DNA from: Chrysomallon squamiferum
Taxonomy: Eukaryota > Animalia > Mollusca
DNA: 64,000 bases
Assembly (NCBI GenBank): GCA_012295275.1
Contig: CM022672.1
Span: forward strand, 13,330,001 to 13,394,000
Reading direction: 5' to 3'
Position 1 is the first letter of the stretch. Each line of letters starts with the position of its first letter. Positions 56,347 through 64,000 of the stretch are shown one piece after another. The translations under genes were made by a program, and so were the position numbers. Under the pieces are notes generated by a model. The model was not told the origin of the DNA, searched no databases, and saw only the letters and a list, made by a program, of their open reading frames with translations.

Positions 56347-57050
56347 TTCCCTCGCTATTCGCGGGGGTTACGTTCTTTACCCCCCCCCGCGAATAGCGAA
56401 AAACCGCGAATATTGGATGCAGTTTTAAAACGTCTATTATGAGATTATATACGGTACTAAATGCTTCCCAAACACTTTCTAAAGACACTCTTACTCATTA
56501 ATACAGTAATAATGTAGTAATATTGCATGCAGTTATGTATTTCACTAATGTAGTAATGATAATGTAAACACATTTTAATTTTGTACTGAAACAATATTTT
56601 AATCAGAAAGAAACGTAAGTGCAGGAGGACAGTAACACCGCATAGCATAGTTACCCATACAGTATTACTGTACCGTAAAGTCATTTTCTATGCGTACAAC
56701 ATATGTATTAGAATTGACAGAAAGTGGAACACATTTAAAGGCAAACAGACAGATAAATACAGTACGCACAGTTCGGGTAATAATAATACAATTCAGTAAT
56801 AATATGCAATTAAAAACATTATTAATACACGGTCACAAAAAATATGCACTGTACATACAGTGTATGCATTTATAAATTAATAATAATTGAAAAAAATTTG
56901 ATATTGTTTGTGCGGTTTACCGAGCATTTGTTTTTATGACGTTATGACGCTCGCCTGGTATACCAGCATACGATGCGATAGGGTTAAGAGCCTAACCCGC
57001 GAATATGCGGGGCCGCGAATGGGGAACCGCGAATAGGTGAGGGTATACTG
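56342..57050. mobile_element. Non-autonomous pogo/Tigger-like DNA transposon (MITE) inserted in a (TA)n tract
   Basis: TIRs (t)AGTATTCCCTCGCTATTCGCGG / CCGCGAATAGGTGAGGGTATACTG with TA flanks. Repeated subterminal CCGCGAAT motifs surround an AT-rich non-coding interior. Confidence 0.88.
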
Positions 57051-60000
57051 TATATATGTCTGCGGAATTTCTGTGCATTGACATTAAACGAAATAACGAC
57101 ATAATATACAATTTGTTTATCAAAAGAAAAGAAAAGGATGAACAAGAAAAAAAAGAAGAAGAAAAACGTAGCTTAAATACATTCTAGGCTTCGCCATTTT
57201 TCTGCAGTTTTGACTTCACGAGGTACAGCACGAATCACGTATTCACTGAAGTTCTTGTTGGTGTTGTCAGGAAAACATAACTCTCAGGCGGTGACGTCAC
57301 GACTTCCTTTGCTAATAAAATGGAAGCTTTCGTATATTTAGTAACAGAATTATTTTACTGTCATACTTCGTTATATGTCATGACAGATCGGCAAAAACAA
57401 CAAAATAGATACTTTTAATGGACCATTTATTTATGTAGCAATATATACACCTTAAATGATCGTCTGTTACACAAAAGAAGTAATAGTAAATTTAATGATG
57501 TTTTCATTTATCAGACTTCTGATGCTACAATTGAAATCGCTGATTTGGACGTTTTATTCTTGAAATTAATTGTTTCGTCTCTGTTCTGCCGACGATTCGC
57601 AGTTTACGTCTGCTTCTAGGTAAAAAAAAATATAATAATAATAATAATAAATAAAAAAAAAAAATGAAGAGAGATTATTTATTTATATATTTATTTATTT
57701 TTATTAGAATTAAAATAAATAAATAAATTAATTAATTAATTAATTAATTAAAAAAAAAAAAAAAAAAAATTAAATAAAACTATTTTACTATGCGGACTAT
57801 GTCTTTTTTGTTGCAGTTTCTTATTAATATTTTTATTTCCAGAGTAGCTTTTAACCACAAAGTATACAATCAGTACGCAATATTAGTGCCAATTTAAAAA
57901 GAAAAATCTGTCATTTTATTAATATTATTATTATTATATATTTTTTTGAACTGTTACTGTCATATGAGTTCAAGCGCTTGTGAATATACTGTTTTGTTCT
58001 GTTTAGTGGAACCGTAAATAATAAATGTTTAAAATTAACAAAAAGAGAGAGAGAAAAAACGAAAAAATATGTTTCTAGAGTATGCTATAATCACTGATTT
58101 GAAATAACCTATAGTACATGGGCACTCGTGCCAGATTCTGACAGTAGTCATGAAGTTGTGTTAATTTTATTAATAAAGTGCTTTGAAGTATTAAATTCTA
58201 CAAAGTAATAAACATTAACCTACAAACGAATGGGCGTTAGCTGTACAGGGGATAGGGAAGAAATTGAAAACGAAACTGAAAAAAAAAGAAGAAAAAAAAA
58301 TAGCTGGACTTTTGAATTCATTTTTATATCAAATTTGTATTTTGAACGTTTTTGAAGATCGAACCACGAAATAATAAAATTTCGAAATGGAAGCGAAAAT
58401 TATTTATTAATTATACAATCTGGTTGTAATATTTAAAAAAAAAAAATGCTTTGGAATTGTATATACACACTTTTGATACGATTAGATCAAAAACCGCTAT
58501 AGTACAAAAAAAGAAGAAGTTCAAACACATTTAATAAATAAACACGAGTAACTGGAAGCGAGATGAAGAGATTACCGCCTACACGTTACAATTTCCGCTA
58601 GATAAATAAACACATTTACAGTTACCGTTTCTTCTTTTTCGTTTTTCTAGTTTTTCCCATTCAATATTGATGTCTCAAATATCCTTCACGCGTGTTTTTC
58701 ACACTCTCGGTTAAAGAAAGTTATGTTATTTTATAGACGACTTGTTTGACAAAACTGTCGCTAATGTGGATCCAGCTTTTCTGATGAGGAAGGGAGTCCA
58801 TGGCAAAAAGGGAACAATAACATTATGAAAAGGCACTATTGAAAAATCAAACACGGTTCACATGGACCGCAATATAACAGTGCTACAACAGAGACGCTGG
58901 CAGACGTATTCTACAGTGTTCTATACACTGACAGAAATTTTTAAAAAACTAAATAAATTTGTAAAACATTCTTAAAAATATTAATTAAAACGGGTACTTT
59001 TCGAATTTCAGGGGGGTGCCCGGACGCCTAGGGACCCCCCTCCACTATGCCCGCTCCAGGGTTGGCTTCGGTTTCGAAAGATTCGATATCTTGTCTCAAC
59101 AGACTTCTCTTAATCAAATAAATGAATCCGACAGTCTGTCAACTTCCTTCTTCTTTGAACAAATGAACGAATATTTAAAAAGCCTATTCCTTGATCAAAA
59201 TCAGGTAAAAACCAGCTTTGACTGTTGCTTGTGAAATTGTCTCTTCCAGTATTTGCTGGAGCAAGTTAATAAAACTATAAATAATTATTTATTATTTTTA
59301 ATTGTTTTAAAAAGAACCATCACTTCCATGATATTATGTGCGGAGTCGGATTTCCAACGCAAACATTTTGTTTTACATTATCTGCATTATTTACAATATT
59401 TACAACCATACATATCAATCAATGTAACTTCAGTCACAGAAAAACGTGTTAAAACTAAATTATGATGGTAAAAAACAAATAGTACTTTATGTAATTCTAA
59501 CGACCAAACTTTGCTAATAATTAAGTTTTGCATTAAAATAACGAGATCTCGCGAGAATGCACCTGACCTGATAAATAAAAAAGAATAATCAGACAGTTTA
59601 GATAATATATTTACAACATTTGAACAAACAAAAGATAACTTGGAAATCCCGTCACCCAGTCATGTGAAAGTTTTTTTATTTTATACTGTATTTAAATTAG
59701 TCTCGATACCACAGTAGTTTGTAATCTGCTTTCAGAGTGCTATATTGGCAACATTATTATATTTTGGAGGAGGTACGGTAATTAATAATCAACATAACCT
59801 TCCTTACCAATCCTCAAAAAATAATTACATTGTCATAGTCATTCCATTCAAGCTACTGGACTGTGTGCCAATGATAATCGTGCTTGTACCTGTATCAGAT
59901 GTCAGAACATTTATAATTTTTTACTGATTCACTGACTGCTTTATAATCTTTATTAGTTATTTAAAATGACTTTTTTTTTATTGCTATGTTAACAAGTATG

Positions 60001-60644
60001 CTGCTGTAACAATAATAACAACAACAACGACAACTCAGCGAAACAGCAGCAGCAAAAATAACAACACCAACAATAATAATGTCCTAACAACAACAAACAA
60101 AATAACACACAGACACACACACTTCCACCGATACAGGCACAAAAGATAACAACTTTTTTAATTTTTAATTTTTTAAAATAATATTTTGTATCGCAGCAAA
60201 ACGGGAATAGTATATAGTTTAGGATTCAGTCTCTCTAACAGAACCAGTTTCCATATAGTGTCCGGAATATGCATCAGTATTTGAAATTATTTGTATTTTT
60301 ATTATGCTTCGTTTTCATCTTATATATGTAATACTACGTTATATTTTAGGAAAACAAAATCATAGGAACAATGACTGAAATTTTACATTTATTTTATATT
60401 ATTTTGTGCTGAGAAATAAAAAATAAGAAATAAAGAAAAATAAACAATACGAAATAAAATAAAATAAATCACAACAACAACAACAACAATATTAATAATA
60501 GTAATGATAATGATAATGATGATGATTATAATATTAAACAGATAGTTTGTTTATAGGAAATAGTTAAGTAAAATAGTCGCATACTCTCAGTATATCAGAA
60601 TTATTTTAAATTTCTAGTGAAATAATAATAAATAAAACAAACAT

Positions 60645-60820
60645 ATAATATAACATAATATAGTACAATATTATAAAATACAATATTATACAATGCAATA
60701 TAGTATAGTATAGTATAGTATAATATAATATAATATAATATAATATAATATAATATATAATATAATATAATATAATATAATATAAAATAATATATAATAA
60801 AATATGATATAATATAATCA
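60645..60820. repeat. (TATAA)n/(TATAG)n pentanucleotide repeat
   Basis: Direct inspection. Confidence 0.9.
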
Positions 60821-61742
60821 CTTTACGAAGCGCTGTGTACTCAGTCTGTTGAGCTATTTTAGATTCATGCGCGCAAAATCAAATCACTCAACGTCAATAC
60901 ATATAAGCTTCTATGCATCTTCGGAACTGGTAACAACACTGCCAAATTTTATTATTATCACAGATTAGTTGTGTGAAAGAAAAACAGCCATCAAAAAAAT
61001 ATAAATAATCTATTTATATTGGCATCAACAACTGTTACCGAAATTAAAATAATATGACGGCATCGTCAGAAAATACATATAAGAATATATATTATTTAAA
61101 AAGATGGGTTTTTTGGGGGGTTTTCCGTGGGAGGTAACTTTTTATTCTTTTCTTTTTGTAAAAGGTGTTATACTATGGTATCAGACAGACATTAATGCCC
61201 AACATTACAAAATAAAAATTGTTTTATGACTGCGTTTAAGAACATATGGGCCCAGGCGCTCTGATTATTTTTGTTATCATAGACTGTTGTAATGTGCTTT
61301 TCTATCTGCGGCAAATGCAGATAAAAAAATGTATAGCTAATGAAAACACGATTTAGCACGTTTTAACCGAAAACTGTATCAGATATATTTAATGATTGTA
61401 TATATATATATATATTAGTAGCATTAATAAGTATAAACTAGTGATGTCATTTAATAAAACAAATTTCAATGTTCAGTAAAATAAACTGAATAAAATGTTA
61501 TCGTGGCAACAGCATATTTCAGAGTTATAATTAATTTCTTTATTTTCTAAGAAAACAAAATAAAATATTGTTTTCAAGTTTTCAACTATAGAATTTCAGT
61601 TATAATGCATTGTTGCAGCGTTCCATCAAAAACTGTTCAAGTATGCCTGTACGGACAGATGTCTTATACAAATTTTTGATAATATCCATTTCGGCAATGT
61701 ACATAATGTTATTATTGTTTTACTTGTTTTCTTCTTCTTATG

Positions 61743-61801
<59 letters not shown>

Positions 61802-62296
61802 GTTGTTAATATTATTATTATTATCTAGGAACTGTTAACTGTTAATTTATTAGAATAGATAATAATAAATAGAAAAACAACTAATTTAGAAAAATGAACT
61901 CATTTATATAAATCACCCATGGTCACCCATGCATAGATATACCTTGATATAAACACTTATAAAGATAAATAAAGTCATAAAATATCTTAATCTTTTCTTA
62001 CCATTGTGTATCTTTTAAATCAAAATTAAATAATTTAAGAATTGATTACTTAAATTATTTTCTACACCAAACATTACTAATAAATCGTCTATACAATAAT
62101 ATAAAAGAGAAATTCTCTTTTGTTTGTTTAGTTGATTTATTTAATAGTATTCTTTGGTTAGTGCCCGGCGTTTCGTAACATATATCTCATCATTCTTACA
62201 TGTTAAGAAAAAATAATTATATTGAAATGATTTTGACGTAGATGTTTCCAAAAACAAAAGGGAATAATGCTGACTGTTTTCGTAGGTTTCATTTTT

Positions 62297-62380
<84 letters not shown>

Positions 62381-62882
62381 AAATAAATAACATAACTGAT
62401 AAGCTATTATAATATGGTTTCAAATAGTCATTAAAGCCTTAGATTACAAATCTAAAAAATGTTTATAAAAATTAAAATTCATAGCTCTTAATTTTGACGA
62501 TTTCTGATGCTTCTGGCCAAATTAATTACAGAATGATCCACCATCATCTTTTTGCAATATGTTAATGGGAATGACTGTGACATATTTGCATAATTTAATC
62601 ATTTCGTTTTGCCATTTAAACGAATGTGTTGCCACTCACCTTGTGAACGAAAATGTTACGTGACGAACCCACCTGTGACCTAATACATACATTAACTGTT
62701 TTACTGTTAGTCAGATCGATGGGCATGTTTAATGTATTTAAAATTAAAACAGTTTACTGACACAGCGTAAATAACATTAACTAACCTGTACAAAAAAAAA
62801 AAAAAAAAAAAAGTTTACTTTACGTAAATCATTATAAATAATAAAGAAAGAAAGAATGAAACAAACAAACAAATAAATAAAT

Positions 62883-63102
62883 TAATTCAGTTAATCTTAT
62901 GTTATTTATTTTATATTTTCAGGTCGTTCTACAATAAACACATGTAATTCAATTATTGTTATTTATTTTATATTTTCAGGTCGTTCTACAATAAACACAT
63001 GTAATTCAGTTATTGTTATTTATTTTATATTTTCATGTCGTTCTACAATAAACACATGTAATTCAGTTATGTTATTTATTTTATATTTCCAGGTCGTTCT
63101 AC
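62883..63102 (+). repeat. About 57-bp tandem repeat (about 4 copies) duplicating the exon-3 splice acceptor and first exon bases
   Basis: Unit is ..GTTATTTATTTTATATTTTCAGGTCGTTCTACAATAAACACATGTAATTCA... AG occurs at 62921, 62978 and 63091; copy 3 has AT instead at 63035. Confidence 0.95.
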
Positions 63103-63198
63103 GGTGATCTGAGAAACTGGAGAGTGGTGCTTTCCGCTGAGAATCTCGAGATCGACACTGGAAGAGAAATCTACAGACGAATACAGCGAATCATCAGC
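63093..63198 (+). CDS. Exon 3: serine protease segment after His57 (SFYGDLRNWRVVLSAENLEIDTGREIYRRIQRIIS)
   Basis: The phase-2 acceptor matches exon 2. WRVVL...E..RRIQRIIS fits the trypsin-fold strands preceding HPxY. The donor is GTGAGT at 63199. Confidence 0.85.
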
Positions 63199-64000
63199 GT
63201 GAGTAAAACACGAGGATTTTATCTTTGTTTGACACGCACTGAACACAACTGCATGTTCCCAAATAACCTCTATTTTAAAAATCTGAAAATTAATTTTTGT
63301 ATAACCTCACTGACTCTTATAGTATAAAGAAACATCCTGAAGTGAATTTAACATCTCATTTACAATATAACGAGGCTGTGTGTCAGTATAAACACTCACA
63401 CAACATGAATTTACAATGACTGTCAGATGCCTCACATAGCAATGCGTCCAGTATTCATTTTTAGATCCAACAGTTTTAAAGTTGTTAATTTAACACGTAT
63501 GTATGGGTAATAAATAATAATAACGACAGTTTTATTTTGACTTTAATAGGAATCATAGAGGATGAAGTTCATTTTCATGGGAACGTGTAAACACAGCCAT
63601 TATATATATGCAGCACTATAAGTCACAGAGGTTCACTGTTAGAAAATTAAGCAAAACTATATATGTTACGCTTTCAGACTTTACATTATCACAATGAAAT
63701 TTGTGCAGCCATAGTGCCAGTGAAGTTAAAGCACTGTGGCCTATAAGATCAGAAAATTTACACACCCTTGATATACAGTATCTATGATAATTCATATGTA
63801 TGTGACGATACAAATATAATGAAATTCATTTTCAAAGATAAAACGGCATTTTGATTTTAATAGTTTCAGTTCAAACAGGCATCTATATAGCAAACTGTTT
63901 GTTGAAAAGTTCTTAGTGGTTTATATATCAGGACTGGAGATAGTGCAATATGTGTATTTACAATTAGTGTTATATAAATGTAACAAGATATTCGAGTACA

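Noticed and set aside
59000-59058. GC-rich GGGGGGTGCCCGGAC..GGACCCCC fragment (similar scraps near 38069 and 43775)
   Set aside because: Probably decayed repeat ends, but too short to assign family or boundaries.
62883-63102. CRISPR-like array
   Set aside because: Eukaryotic context, no unique spacers and no cas genes; it is a simple tandem duplication.

Overview
This is AT-rich, microsatellite-dense eukaryotic DNA. It is most likely molluscan, inferred from decayed Meta/MESC-type SINE remnants. The window holds the 5' part of one + strand gene with very long introns: exon 1 (CDS 2056-3169), exon 2 (35931-36105) and exon 3 (63093-63198). Splice phases match (1 then 2), giving 465 codons. These encode a signal peptide, a 6-Cys chitin-binding type-2 (peritrophin-A/CBM14) domain, a very basic Arg/Thr/Pro/Tyr linker with RPTYRPVTx nonapeptide repeats, a Thr-rich stalk, and the N-terminal part of an S1A serine protease (CG..M|IIGG, TAAHC). 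The catalytic Asp and Ser exons would lie beyond the window. The introns (about 32.8 kb and 27.0 kb) contain Tc1/mariner and pogo/Tigger-like relics, SINE remnants and many simple repeats. Four features stand out: (i) a 57-bp tandem multiplication of the exon-3 acceptor that creates poison acceptors or in-frame 21-nt microexons; (ii) a 384-bp, about 98% identical inverted pair 13.4 kb apart inside older diverged homology; (iii) NRF1/ETS/YY1 promoter-like modules with a possible spliced antisense transcript; (iv) an excess of TGACGTCA sites, including two TGACGTCA-N9-TGACGTCA dyads. Nearly all other ORFs in the track are microsatellite artefacts.
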